64,000 nucleotides of DNA from Moniliella sp. 'wahieum' (Eukaryota), in NCBI GenBank assembly GCA_003971905.1, contig RSEE01000001.1:186001-250000 (forward strand). Direction: 5' to 3'. A model generated the notes under the pieces. It was not told the DNA's origin. It saw nothing but the letters and a program-made list of their open reading frames with translations, and did no database searches. The position numbers were made by a program, and so were the translations under genes. Shown one piece after another: positions 1 through 13,791 of this stretch (its first letter is position 1; the number at the start of each line of letters is the position of its first letter).

Positions 1-2202
1 GGTGTGAGCGCAGCAAATATGGTAAAGGTCTGCTCCAACATTGGCGGGGGTATCTCTTCCTGCATCTCCCATAGGAAAGGGACGAGGCCAGGTGAGCTAC
101 GCCCTCCCTCGTTCTCCCCACGAAGAACATGATTCAGGTCCTGCACCGCGTGCCGCACCCCCCGCTCCCATGGCTCCCGCTCCCTCGTCCGCCCCCTCTC
201 TCCTCTTACAGAATCCGAAACGAGCGATGTGTGGCGGCTAGCGTGTCTCCGCCCACGTTCCTCCGACACAGTAGAGCTCGGTGCCAACGATGGGCGGCGG
301 GGGGATGGGGACGTCGTCCTCTTTCCTTTCTCTTCTTCCTCGGCAGTCTGCGTGCCCCCGAGGCTCAGGGCATGAGCCACCGCCTCGAGCGGACGGCTGT
401 CGGTAAGGAAAATCTGGACTCGTTTCCGTAGTGGGCGGGTGAGGGTGCTGCCTCGATCGGATATTTGGCTTCCTCCTGGACGGGAAACAGTGCGGACCGA
501 GGAGTGGGGCGGGCGCGGGGGAGCGCCTGTACGCGAGGGCCGGACGACCATGTAAAACCTCAAGCAGGGAATCTTACCTTCTCGTCCAGAAGGGCCTGGA
601 CTGGACGGGGGGTACTTCCCCCGTTACAGGGGTAGAGGAGGATCGTTTTTCCTTTCTTCCTAGTGCGGACATGAGTGATTGCACAAAGGAGAGAGTCCCG
701 GCGTTTGGGGTGGGGGGAACCTCCCAAACACATTCGAGTACCCACTCCTCATCCACCTGCCACGCATGGTATAGGATCCCAAAGCATCGCAGCGCATACT
801 TGATAAAGCTCATCACTTTTTCCCCTGGTTCTTGTGAGGGGTTGAGCAGAGTGAGGAGGACGGACCCTTCGGAGACTAGAGATGGCTGAGCCGACAAGGT
901 TGGCTGCTGAACGCGGGAAGGTGAAGGGGAGGTGACCGCTCTCGAATGGGAGTGAACGTGAGACACGTGCTTGCCCTGTCTTGTCCACCAGAAGCGGAAG
1001 ATTGATCCGGTGGGTGGGTGGGGTAGGCACAAAGGTGGAAGACTTGAATTCTTTGACGCCCCTCTCCGGCGGAGGGGGAGTCGCCCGCCAACAGCTCGAA
1101 ATTGCGCATCCTTTGTATCGCATCCATGTCCAGTAGCATTCCTGTCCGTCTTCTCAACTCGGGGTCAGGCACAAGCGCAACAGCTCGCTGAGCGCGGATC
1201 GCCATGTTGCGCAACGAGCTGGGATGTACCCAACGGGTAGCGTACGCCGGTCAAGACTCGCAGCATGGTCACCCCCACGGTCCAGGCATCAACCTCGGGA
1301 CCCCAGTAGGTCGCTGCTCCCAAGGGAGGAGAGCGCGTGCACAATCTCAGGACAATGAAAGGCAGGGCTGCCGCAGCATGTGCTGAGCTTGGCTTGGGAT
1401 TTGGAGTAGTGGGTGGCCAATCCAAAGTCGAGGAGCTTGAGTTGTAGAGTAGTTGGGTGGACAAGAATGTTCTCAGGTTTAATGTCCCGGTGGCAGATTT
1501 GCAAGGGGCGATGGATGGCGTCGACAGCGAAGGAGCTGAGGGGGGAAAACACTTTGCTCCCCACATCGGCGGGCAGCAAGGGAAGGCCAGGAGGGGGACG
1601 GTGCTTTTCATCAGGAGCAGCTTCTCGAGTGTCACGTAACCGCCCAGGTACTCTTCGATGAGGTAGAAGTGTCCCGGGGTCCGAATCGTTTCGTATACAG
1701 CCACCAGGTTGGGGTGAGGCGGCAGTTCGGCGAGCAACGTAGGCTCCCGCAGCAACCGCGTGGCGATCAGGATGTGAGGGGGAAGAGCGGCGTGTGCTTG
1801 AGAGCATAGAGTCTGCCCTGCTTGGCGGCAAGGAAAACGGTGCTGAACTTGCCGCGGCCCAGGATTTTGGGCAACAGGGTATAATCCCCAATGCCGGTAG
1901 CAAGCAGCCGATCCGCGCTCGCACCTCGGCACCTCGGAAGGAGGAGCAGCCTCGATGCGGGCAACAGGGGAGCACATCAGCGGCGCCCCACTCCTCGGGC
2001 GGGCGGGCGGCATGGACACGCCGCCAGTTGGGCTCCTCGAGCAGACGCAGGACACCGGCGCCGGCGCCGCGCGTGTGCTCCCACTCGGCGCGCTCCTGGG
2101 CGAGGGCGGCGTCGCGGCGGCGTTGCTGCTCGGCGGTGGGGCGGGGCGGGCCTTGGAGGGCCGGGAGGCGCCGGGCGGGGCGGCGGGCGAGTCCGGGGGC
2201 AT
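1..2202 (-). CDS. Ser/Thr protein kinase, CAMK/SNF1-like; frameshifted; 3' end probably runs off the window
   Basis: Kinase subdomains are spread over overlapping minus-strand ORFs: LGRGKFSTVFLA..YALK (1767-1964), HPNLVAVYE (1165-2517), HRDIKPENIL..LLDFGLA..CCGSPAFHCPE (1289-1975), GPEVDAWTVGVTM. Probable ATG at 2202. Confidence 0.88.
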
Positions 2203-2982
2203 GGCCTCTGTACCGGTGTGGCCAAGGCAGGCCCCCGTGTGGACGAGGTGGTCTGGGTGGGGAAGGTGGTGGAGCGCGGGATGGATGCTGGGCCGCCGCG
2301 GCCAGCGGCAGATAACGCGGAGTTTGGGCGGTGGCTGAGTGTGACGGGGACGGTGACGGGGGATGTTCACGTGCGGTGCGCCGGGGGGACGCGTGCGACG
2401 ATTATATCGTGGCTGGGCTGGCAAGCGAGCCTGTGGGGGATGGCGAGCAGGTGGGGCTGGCCGACGGCGGCCCCCCTTAGTCAGTACCCAGTGCGTGCTA
2501 CGCCGTGTGCTCACCATGCCATCTTCCCGCGCCGCGCTGGGCCGCCCCCGCGCTTATTCGCGGCCTTGTGCGCGCCTCCCACTGGCGCCCCCACTGCCTC
2601 CGCCGCCGCCGTTCGCATCTGGAAGCGGAAGGACACCCACGAGCCCCCCCCCCCAAGCTAGCCTGCGGAATGAGGTGCTGCAGCAACAGCCACCCTTGCC
2701 ACACCCACCTCGGGGGCTGCCAGGCGCTGAGGAACCTATTCTGCACCAGCTGCCCTTCCCTTCCCTCTGGCCGCTCTATGTCCAATCAGCCTTGCGCTGC
2801 GCATCCCGCGCTGCCTAGTAGCTCAACCAGCCCAGCCAGCCCCCTCCCCTGTCTTAAAGCATGCGGCCCAAGTTGAGCCGCATCTCACACCTCATATACC
2901 CACAGACGAGATGATTCATTCCCCAGAACGTCAACGCGCAGCAGCCAGCAATCGACGCTGAAATCGACACCGTGCCCTTAGC

Positions 2983-3651
2983 CTAGCGGTTGATGGCGAT
3001 CGCATTCTCCGCCGGCCCACCTGCACTCTCGGGCGGGAGCTGGTCGAACGGCTTTTGCCGTGCGATATCAAATCCCGCACCTGGTCCGCCACATCGCCCT
3101 GCACCACAATTTCCTCTACTGCCGGGTTCTTGGCAGACTTGGAGATCGAGGCCCCCGTGGCAAAGCGGGAGGAAAGGCTGTGTCCAGGGAAACAGGTTAG
3201 TCCACCTCCCACAGATCAGGCACTAGCCAGAGAGCGCCGAAGCAAACTATACATACCCTTTGGAGATAACCTTGAGCCGGCAGAGGCGGAGTGAAGACGT
3301 GCAGCCCCTCAATGGTGGTATCACCTTTTTCTTGGTCCGCGCAGTACGAGAAACAATGATCTTGTTTTGTGCCTTTTGCGCACGCTCCCGCTCGGCCTTG
3401 GCTTCCGCCTTGCGCTCTTTCTTGGCGCTGTCCTTCTCCAGCTCTTCCGCCGCCTTGGTGCTCATGGAAGCCAGCTTGGCCGCCGTGCCTGTTCCCCCAC
3501 AAGGCAGAGTAGGCATCGGGGTGGGCCTCCTCGAGCCAAGCACGACACTTGCTCACACTGTTTCCAAACTCACAGTACTCGGGGGGAAGGTGCACACTTG
3601 ACAGTAGAGCACTGTTTGTGGCGTGGGTGCCACGGCCGTCGTCTCGCTCAT
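2983..3651 (-). CDS. TMA22: Translation machinery-associated protein 22 (DENR homologue, SUI1 domain)
   Basis: Reconstructed N-terminus MSETTAVAPTPQTVLYCQVCTFPPEYCEFG..KCRAWL; C-terminal SUI1-like RFATGASISK..EEIVVQGDVAD. Several frameshifts. Confidence 0.92.
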
Positions 3652-5062
3652 TCTCAACCGGTCCAGCTGCGATGGTGGTTAGAAGGGACTTGCGACGCGG
3701 CGGAATGGCATGTCGGGTGGTGCGCAGAAAGCCGAAAGCAGCGGAATTGGCATCGTGGATCACACAGCACGTCACGCGTCACGACGTCACATGCCGCGTG
3801 TCACATGTCACGAGGTTTGAATTGTTTCCCCTTGTGTTCACCACATTCACCCACCACACGACGTTCACCACCTGTTGCTGCAGATGGACAACCTGGTCCT
3901 GGTGTCTCGACACCCACGTGGCACAGGCAACACCACTTGTACTCGGCCGTCGGCAACGGCCAACCCAATCGTCAAGTACACCAGGACTCAACGGTAACCT
4001 CGTTGACCACCCCTTGTACCTCCCGCGGAGGTGCACATGGTTCTCACCCGCGACAACCGTGCTGTTTGCTGATCACTTCCATCGACCATACCACCACCAT
4101 ATCCTATCTCAACCACGCGGAAGCCTAGATGGCGCACGCTAGAATCCGTGCAGCCTGGATGTGAGCGTGGGTGCCAGCACGTTCTGGACGTACCAGGTGA
4201 TAGAACGAAGGGCCAAGGCCGTCGGGACCTGGCAAGTAGAGGCATACTTTTTAGTAGTACTCGGGCCCTCCTCCGCGCTCTCCCCTCTACATGCGGAAGG
4301 AAAACCCAAGGAATGAAGGTCGTATACTGTGAGGGGACTTGATACCGGGATGGAATGGAAGAATGGAGGATGTTGGCATGACAGCGGCGGTGGTGTGCTG
4401 AAGACAACTCACCGATCATGATCAACGTCCCCCTGGGATTTGCAGTAGTCGGGATGGCGGCGTTTTCGGCGTTGCGGGGTAGGAAATATATCTGTCTTGC
4501 GTCTCATCGTCTTGACGTACGTATACACTTGGGCAGACTGCCTACTAAGTACTAAGTACCAGCCGCCTAATCAAGCGTAAAGCTTAAGCACTAATTCGCT
4601 ACGGTTGCGTTATTTGCAGGGCTGAAAATGGATCCGAGCGGTGTACCTTTCGGCTAGATCAATTTGATGTCATGATGAGCATGTGCCTACCGCTGCTTCA
4701 TCCGGCAATACCCCCTGCCCCACCTGGGCCTAACGGTGCGTCACCAGCCCCTCTCCCCCCACGCCGCGTCATATTGACGACGCTGACGCATTGGCGCAGG
4801 AGCCCCACGCTTGATAGGCTCTTTGGCGGCGTGCTACTGAGAGACGCAACCAGGGCACAAGCCTTGCTGGGTTTGTGAGATAAAACACCGGCTGCAGCTG
4901 TCCCCAGACCGTAGGTACCGGGTTGGACAAAAGGACCCTTTGGACGGCAACAGACGCCCATATCTCTCCTCTCTCTCCTTCGCTCCCCTTGCCTGCTTTC
5001 GTCTCTTCGTGCCTCCACCCTCCACCCTCCGGCTCCTTCTCCCCTGTCCTCGATGCCACATA

Positions 5063-7132
5063 ATGCCCCTCTTTGCTCGCAAGCATTCCCCCCACCTTCC
5101 ACCCCCCTGGCTCGCCCACCGCACCCACCACACGCCGCTCGCCCGCCGACGCGCCACCCTCGCTGGGTTCCTGCCGCGTCGTCACCGGTCCACCGCCGCT
5201 CCTTCACCACGGAGTTCCCGGCCCTGTCCTCGCCGCCGCTTCCACCCCTTTCACCTGTTGTTTCCCTCCCCGTTTCTCCCCCTGCCACTAATCCGGCCTT
5301 TGGCCCCCCATTGCACGCCCCATAATAACCCCGTACTCCCGGTGGCGCAAGTGGCGTTGCAGCTTCGCCCTCTTTGTGTACCTTGCCCCCCTCCCCCTCC
5401 TCCCCCACATCGCCCTGGCCCCACTATCTGGACCCGCGTCCCCAAAACGCCGCTCTCGCTGTGGGCTAGCAAGGAGACGCCGTGTCCTGCTTTCCCGACC
5501 ACTCAACTGGCAGGCCAGCGCACCCATTCCCATTCCCTTTCTCACCCCCACTCCCACGCCCGCACCCGCACCCGTACCCACTCCTTTGCTGCTGCCCTGC
5601 GCGCCAGTGCAGGCTTACCAAAAAAGTACAATGAGCCGCAACAGTCGATTGGAAGCTTAAGCAGCGCCTCGCTCGCCTCCACCGCGGCCTCGACCACGAC
5701 GGTGGGTAGCGTCGCCGGTTCCATGATGCCCACCTCTCCCAAGTACGCCAACTGGGGTCCAAACCATTGATGGGGGGAAACCGTGTACACTCTGTGGCGA
5801 GCGTCTCTCCCACCGGATCCGGGGTGAAAAGGCCCCCTTTGTGCCGGCCTGTGGACAGTCATGCACGCCCACTGTTTCGCCCTTTTTACCGACGGGGGAA
5901 AGTGTGCACAATGCTGCGGCCCCATCAAGGCATCTCCCCCGCCCACTGTCGTCCCAAGTCCCACCATCGCTTCACCCCGACAGTGCGAGGTGCGTCTGCC
6001 AGCATCCGACGCAGCTCCGCCGTCTAAAACAGCCTTGCCTAACGCAGCCCTTTGGCTGAACTGGGCTCAATGGGCCCGTCAAGGCAGAGGGGAATGCGCC
6101 TGCTACCTCGGTCCCATTTCCTACGAGCCCTACCCACCCCTGCCGTCGGAGCAAGCTGGGCTAGTCGCCCCTGGCTCGCAGCAGGTAGATTGGGTGGCTG
6201 TTAAGGCGCGCAAGTTCCTATCCTTCTTGCCCACGAGGCAAAGGGGATGCTCCGACGGCTTGTAGCCCAAGGAGGATTGTCGCCACGAGGAGCAGGTGTA
6301 TGGCGCCCCCGAGCTGGCCGAGTGGCTTGCGGTGGAAACGCATGCGGGAACGGTCAGTTCTTGGTGGTACTGATGCAAAAGGCGCTCCTACTCTTTTGGG
6401 AGCTTCAGGGACAGCTGCAGATCCAAGGACGCATCTTCCACTACCACCAGCCTTTGTATCGCCTTGTTGCCCCGAACGAGGTGGAAGTAACCCTCTCGAA
6501 CGCTCCGCAGGATCCTTGTCTCCTCCGTTTCTCATCGACTGGAGGCATCCGCCTGGTTCGCTCGCTTGGTATACGATCGTATGCGTGCCCGTGCGGCTCC
6601 GGCACCATTGCCATCACCGACGAAGAGCCCCAACCCGTGGCGCTGGATCTTGTCCTGCTTCTGTCCCAAGATACCCCACGGGCGCGTGCGAGAGAAATTA
6701 TTTTTTCCCTGGGCCGGTTTGATCGAGTCGCCTTGCTGGTCTTCTCCTTTGATACAAGGAGGAAGAGGAGGCGGTAGAAGGAACGAACAGCATTGGCAAA
6801 CCCCTCTCTTATCGCCATGGAAAACGAAGGGCCAAAGTCACCTTGACCATTTCCTCCTTCACCGTGCGTGCAGAGGTGCACCAGGCTTGCCGAGCGTCCT
6901 GCCTCAAGCCAAGGAAATTCTTCGTTCCTGTATTTCCTCCACCAGGAGGGGGTCTGCTTGTCCTCCCCGCCCTACCCAATGGGATGCAGAGACTGGTCTG
7001 CGTCCCACCATCTGGGGCGATCACACGCTCTGGATCTTGCCCGTAAATATCCCTCTGCTCACATTCCTGTATCATCTCTCTCCTTTGCTTGGCATGCGAT
7101 GCTTGTCACGCCACGCCACGCCACGCCTTTAG
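5063..7132 (+). CDS. Hypothetical protein: Pro/Ser/His-rich N-terminus, Cys/His-rich (LIM/zinc-finger-like) segments
   Basis: Coding-like pieces across frames: MPLFARKHSPH.., KPCTLCGERL..MHAHCF, GKCAQCCGPI..LHPDSARC, GECACYLGPI. Boundaries uncertain. Confidence 0.4.
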
Positions 7133-7211
7133 AATGAACTGCCAGCCTATCCACTTGCCCCAACCATTGCCCGGATAAGTAGCATGCACTGTCCAGATCT
7201 GTCCAGCCCGT

Positions 7212-8944
7212 TCATTGCGCCGGGGCAGAGCGGAGGTCCTTGGCCAACTGCGCCTCTTGCCCTTCCAGCCTCCCTCCCCCCGCATCCAACGCAGGGAGCG
7301 CGTCCAAGTCGGGCACCTCCTCCGTCTCCCCAGCCTCACCCTCGGCCTCAGGACTCTCTGCCCCCTCCGCCACCTCATCAATAACAAAGTGGGAGCGTTC
7401 CTGGGCGGCGGCCTGGCGCAGCTGCTCGGCCGCAAGCTGGGGGTTATGCACCAGGTCGTCTTCTGTGCCCTTGTCAGAGACCACGGGGGCGGAACGGCTT
7501 CTTTCGGAGGGCGCTGGCGGCCTTTCGCCCCATGCTGAAGCACGTACGGCACCAACCAACCGTGCTCCAAAGTAGCTTTCCGCTCGGCCGCACGCTGGTC
7601 TCCCTCTTCATGTACAAACGAAGGCACGGGGCCTACCACGCTCTTGGTCTGTAGTCGGGAGCCCACCGAGTCGGCCAGCTGGTCCATCTTGGCTTTCCCT
7701 TCCTCCCCAGCAGACCACCTAGGAACCCACTACGCGCCCGCGTGCGCCAGGTGTCACGTCGCGACTGTAGCTCGAGGAAGCGAGGGAGGATCCTCCGGCG
7801 CCTGGCAAGGCGCGTGGCGTCGACCCCGAGGTGGGCGCGGCATGCCAGGCAAATGCCCCGCCACTTTCACTGCGCTCCGGCGGCACAAGCGAGAAAGACT
7901 GTGCAAGTCCGTTTCGAAGAAAGATTCGAGCACGGGGGAAGAGAGCGCAAGCAACCGCATGTTGCAAGGGAGACAACGGCTCTTCCTGAGTTTCCGCAAT
8001 CGTGGCTTTGTTTTTTGTGGTTGTGCGGTCTTTGGCGCGTCTGCCACCACCTCATCTTTCATCTTGCTCTGGCCCCGGGGCTGGGCTGACCGGAACAGGA
8101 GAGGAAGCCCGGTCTGGTACGGTGCCGCTCCTCTGACCTGGCCTCCTCTGTAGGAGTAGGCGTGGCGTTGGGTACTTCCCCCTTATTCTGGGCCAGCTTG
8201 ACAGCCCGATCGTACGCAATGGCCCACAGGGCTTCCATGTCGCGTTCCAGTTCCTCTTCCCACGCCGCCGCCGAACCCCGAGGGAGGACGAGGCTGGTGG
8301 GGAAGGCGTCCGGATCGGCCTGGCTCGCCTCGCCCAGCAGGTCCTCCAACTCCTTGGCCAGTCCTCCTGACCACGGCCATTGACGAACGTGGTCCATAGC
8401 AGAGCTGGAAAGCGCTGCTCGTACAGCGCATTGAGCTGGGCAGGCGCGCTACGTGCCGCATCCCCCTTTCGTTGCTCGCTGGCGCTTGGACCCGAAAGGA
8501 CAGTAGCGCCAATGCGCGGGTGGGATGTGGCGAGGCGGACCGGTCCTCCTCGTCCCAGCGGGGATCGTCTTCAACACAGTACCGCGCCACGTCCAGCAGC
8601 CCCTCGTACGAGTCGGGGCGGCTGTCGGCGTCGAGCTCGGCGATGGCGGCGGCAGCCTGGGCGGCGAGCTGCTGGGCCAGCGCGGCAGGCCGTTGAGGAG
8701 GTGCGCCAGGAGCGGAGCCAGGTCCGCACCGAGAGCTCGCCAACACTTGTCTCGGGCGGGCGTGCCAGGTCATGGCGGTGGCGCGCCAAGTCGCTCGGCT
8801 GCCTGCGGGCGGACCCAAGGCTGGCCACGGCAGTTGCCAGGTGCTGCGCGCGGCGGGGGGGGCCGTGCGCTCGTTCCGCTCCATTCCGCTGCGCCGCTCT
8901 CGGGCTGAGGTGGGTAAACATCGATGTCGGGTGCTGCTATCATG
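7212..8944 (-). CDS. Hypothetical protein (frameshifted)
   Basis: Collinear protein-like minus-strand ORF segments (8183-8977, 8059-8397, 7754-8062, 7212-7559), e.g. LAAQAAAAIAELDADSRPDSYEGLLDVARYC, WEEELERDMEALWAIAYDRA, and an acidic tail. No family recognised. Confidence 0.5.
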
Positions 8945-9918
8945 GCCTCGTTGATTTTGGCGGGGTGGCTTGCTCATAAGCAGAGGTGTGCAGCAGGAGT
9001 ATCTGTCTGTCTGGTACGATCACTGTGCTTCTTCCTGGTCCAATTGTGGGCTTTGTTGTTGTGCAGATGCCAATGCCCATCCATCAATCATGTATTCATA
9101 TACACTTCTTCCACCGTGCGCCGAGCGCACTGATGTTGGCAACTGGCTATCATGATCTAGATCTAGACAAGTTGCATGGTTCGGCTCAGGCACACGTGGG
9201 ACAGACCGAAGGATAGGGAAGCGGCGATGGAGGTGAGGTTGCGCCTGGTGTGGCTGGGCCTCTGCTCAGGAACCGAGCGAGCTGAAGCGAGCGCCCAGGG
9301 ATACGTTGAAATTGAGCATTGAATATGGAGCAATGTGCACGCGACGCAGCCGACGCACCGACACCAACGCTGTCGCCCCGCATCGCTGTGCCTCGTGCGG
9401 CCTGCGGAGCGGAACAGGACGCGCCCTTAGCGGACACGCCGCCACTGCCATCCCCCTCCCACGCCCCGCACCGCAAGTGCCCACGTGGCGGCCCGGCAGG
9501 CTTCTACAATTTCAACTTTCAACCCTCGCGGCTGCATCCCCGGTGGCTCGCAGGCCGCACATCCACACTGGCGCTGTGCCCCCGCGCTCCACACCACCTG
9601 GGCGGGCAGGCCCGAGAGCATCGCACGGCGCCGTGTGCCATCCGCGTTTTTTTCTGCTGTGCCAGCTTGCGGCGTGGCGTGTGTCGCGTGACACGTGACA
9701 CGCGTGACACTCGACGCGTGATGCGGGAGGGCCACCGCCGATCGCAGCCCGTCAGGCTCCGGCGTGGAACCCGCCAGGCACCCACCACCCACCACCCATC
9801 CCCCATCCCCCATCCACCCATCCCATCATCCCCCATCCCTCATCCCATCATCCCCCATCCCTTCATCCCCCCACACCCCTCCCAACGTCGCCCCCTCCCA
9901 ACCTCCTCGAGAAGCAGG

Positions 9919-11850
9919 ATGCTCTCCTCGCTCGCTGCCTGGCTGGGCGGCGGGAACGGTGCTGGCGACAGCAGCGGCGGTCGGTACGCGCCCGGAGCGC
10001 GTCCGCCGCTTCCCCCGTCCTCTCCTCCTCGCCTCGCCGTACTCCCATTATGGTGGCGGACCGCAGCGACGATGAGCTCCGACATGTTCGCCACCACTGC
10101 TGCGCCACGGCGCGGTGTGCCCCCGGCTACGCTCTCCCCGCCTGGCTGGATTCCCGAGCCAACTCGCTCGCTGTGCTCGCTCCCCCGTGGAGAGTGGAGT
10201 GGAGATGGAGGAAGAAGATCCCTTGACCGCCAGCCACCGGCCTGCTCCTCCGCCTGCACACTCCTGGGCACGTATTCGCGCCTGGGCCGAGGAACACTAC
10301 CCCGAAGTTAACGATACGCTCAACTCACCCGCCCTGGAGAAGACGTGGAGGAGCTGGAGCGCCCTTGGTCGTCTCTTCCGACGGCCGTGCGAGCGAGCCT
10401 GCTCTGTGTAAATGGCCAAGGACGTGGAGGCGTACGCAACTGCTGTACCGGGCGGCTCCTGCACCGACGGGCTCTTTTTCGGTCTGGCTATGCTCTGGCC
10501 GAGCAGGCGCTGAGGGAATGGTCGTTCTGGCGACACGTGGATAACGATCCAATACGGGGCGCGTCGGCGGCCGTCAAGGCCAACATGTCCTCCTGTCCCG
10601 GTGGGTGGGTACGCGCAAAGTATTCCGACTCGGGCTGGATCCCCCTGATCACAGACCGTGTGGGGAACTACATTGGGTGGACCTCACTCCGCCCGGTAGC
10701 GACGACACCAACTTGGAGACGCGTTATGACAGCCTCTCCTCGCCCTTCCACCTCCACCTCTTCGGATCCACCGGGCAATCGCGCAGCGGCAGGGCAGGTG
10801 ATCGCGTTTGGTCGTGATTTTGATACAAAGGTGGTATTGTGCCCTGGGGACGGGCCCGAAGGGTGGGCTCATTTCCTTTCCTGGTTTGCCGACGAATTGG
10901 AGGCAGGAACTCTGTACACGCTGGATGCGAGTGAGATGCTCGACTCGGACGCAGACGAGGACCTAATTGGTTACGAGGGTATTTTTCAGGATCTGCCCAT
11001 GGTGCCGGTGCATCAGGCAGGGGAGGTGGGGAGGCCGCAGGAGATGGCCTGGCGGGCTTCGCCTTGAAGGGGGATTATGCAGGCTGGCCTACGCTGGAAG
11101 CCATGGCCGATCGCTCCGCACGGATCTGGGAAGCGGGTGGGTACACTCCAGGTACGCCAGCGAATCAACTGCCCGATTACCACCCGAAGAGGAAGAGATG
11201 GAGGACACATCGTCCAAGCGGCTGTCGCAGTACCCTTATCTCCCACCTACACTTTTGGTCCAAAAGCCTGAAGAGGAAGAGAGGCATCTACCGAAGCACC
11301 GCCCGCGCCTGTTCCGACGAGAATGGGCATGTGGAAGCGATGCTGGCTTCTCCCCTGGCAAGGACAGAGGATAGCAACACTTCTGTCTCGCCTGTTTCTC
11401 CCACTTCTCCCAGTTTGGGCTCGAGTGCCCGCCGTCCCCCTCCTCCTCCTGCGCCCACAGCGCTTCTGGATCTTCCTACCCTTGCGGACGTCAAGGCGGC
11501 CGAGGCAGCTGCGCTGGCCCAATTGGCCAGGGGCCAGAGTCAGCAGCACGAGTTGGACTTGGGGCCCGACGTGAGCCTACGGGATCCGTATCGTCTCCCG
11601 ACGTATACACCACGTCAGGGCCATGGGTTGGCGCTGAACATTCCCTTGGAACCGTCTTCGGGCTTGGAGTCGCCTTCCGATCTGGGCGGCACACCACGAG
11701 TGGTAGCCTATTCGCCTCGGTTTGGCCGGCAGATGAGTGCCTCGCCTGTGCCTCCCTTCCCGGGGAAGAGAGGAGGACAAGTCTCTGCCGCCTACGCCTA
11801 TGCCCCTGAACCCTCTCAGCCGTCCTATCGTAGACCAATAATATACGCTC
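9919..11850 (+). CDS. SMI1: Cell-wall assembly / glucan synthesis regulator SMI1/KNR4 family
   Basis: SWARIRAWAEEHYPEVNDTLNSPA, LPTAVRASLLCVNGQ, GWIPLITDRVGNYIG.DL, GQVIAFGRDFDTKVV: KNR4/SMI1 motifs. 3' end approximate. Confidence 0.88.
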
Positions 11851-11970
11851 GCTTGGCACGTACCCCGTGCCTCCTCCTTCTCCTTTATCTCCCCTCATCC
11901 ACGCCCTGCTTCCAGCACTGTGTGTCAACCCACCTGGATGGACTGTATTCACGAGGATCAAATTTGATAG

Positions 11971-13121
11971 TTAAGACAGGTAGCCCTTGGCCAGCGCAAT
12001 CTCAGCGTTCATCACACTCGATGGCAGCGCCAATCATTACGTTGTTGGAAAGGACGACAAACTTGATGTCCAATACGGGGCACTCGCGAATCCGACCCAC
12101 GTTGACCCCAGCGCCGTTCTGGTGGTCGCGGTCCAAGCGCGGTTGAGGCCGGTCGGGCTCGTCGTGAACCGTGATGACCTGTTTCGGAGCGGAATGGCAT
12201 CCGAGCGTCTGTGCCTCGCACGTGTAGTCGCGCAGAACCTGGGCCACCTGCTCGGGGAAGGCGCCGGGCGACGCACAAAGCTTACACTCACCGTCTCCGT
12301 GTGCCCATCCAACACGGGCACGCGGTTGCAGTGCGCCGAGACAACCGTCTTGACCTCCTCGTAGCCCGTGCCGTCGGCATTTACCTCGCCCAGGATCTTG
12401 CGCGTTTCGCTCTCGATCTTCTCCTCCTCCCCCGAGATGAAGGGGACGACATTGTCGTGAATGTCAAACGCAGACACACCCGGGTAGCCGGCACCCGACA
12501 GGCCTGCATGTGTTGATCAGGACCTTGTCCAGCGGACCAAACGCGTCCTGCAGGGCCTTGAGCGGCACCACAATGCCCGTAGTGGAGCAGTTGGCATTCG
12601 TGATGATGTACCCTTGCTTGGGCGGGGGCGAAAGGGTGGTGCGTTGATGCGAAATGACGCTAAAGTGCGACGGGTTGACCAGGGGAACGACAAGCGGGCA
12701 GACCGGGTCCATGCGGTAATTCTTGGCATTGGAAAACACACGCACATCCGCCGCTCGCAACGCAGGCTCAATTTCCCCGGCCGGACCCGAGTCGAGACCA
12801 GAAAAGACAACCGTGCAGTGCCGAAAGGCGTCGGGCGTGCATGCTTGGACAGGCATGCTGACCACGTTGGCGGGGATCGGCGACGTTTGCTTCCATCGCC
12901 CGGCCACGGCCTGGGCGTAGGTCTTGCCTACACTAGCCGACGAGGCGCCAAGTGCGACGAGCTCAAACTGGGGGTGGTTCGCCAGCTGAAGAATGAAGCG
13001 TTGTCCGACGGTGCCTGTGCCGCAGAAAGGGGGAGGGGAGGTCAGGGTGTGTGCGGTTGGGGGCAAGGAAAGCGCGTACCTGTGGCACCAAGAACGCCCA
13101 CGGGGACCTTCTGTCGGGCAT
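11971..13121 (-). CDS. HOM2: Aspartate-semialdehyde dehydrogenase
   Basis: VGVLGATG / TVGQRFI across a GTACGC..CAG intron at 13015-13079; catalytic [53 protein letters not shown]. Confidence 0.96.
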
Positions 13122-13791
13122 GGTTGTGGCGAGAGTGGGTGGGTGTGGGAGCGGGAGAGAGGGAATGGAATGGGAATGGGAATGGAAGGGAAGGGAAAGA
13201 AGGCTGCTGGTGATGGAGATGGCCAAGGCAGTGTGCTAGAAGACGCAGTTAAAACCGCGAGGCCAGCAGAGAAAGGCGGAGAAAAGCTGGGCGGCGCTGA
13301 GTGGTACTGAGTCTGAGTCTCAGCGCGGACGGGGTCCAAGATTAGGCCTTAGGATGCAAGTGGTGTCACGGCGTGTCACCGGTCACCCAGGCGCCGGCCC
13401 AGGGGCAGTGTGCGTCGCCCACGAAGTTTGCGGGACTGCAATTTCAAACGGTGGTTCCGCTCTGTTCCGCCAGAATGTGCGCCCACTTGGTTGCGATTCG
13501 GTGTTTGGCTGTGTGCTGCGCTGCGGTGCGAGCCGGCCCAAGCGGATGGGAGACCAGCGCCCACTGACAAAGATTTCATTGCTGATCTAATCAGTCCAGC
13601 CGGTATCCGCCAACTAGTACCCCTACCAACAGGACCACCCGACGGAGCCCCGCCACGGCACGGCGTGTGTGATGTTGATAGTCGCGCGACACGCAGCGCG
13701 GGGGCCCAAACCACCGCCCGGACCCGGACACGACAGTACCCGCACGACTGAGCCTCAGTCATCAGAGCATCTGCGCCTCCCTCGCCCCAGC

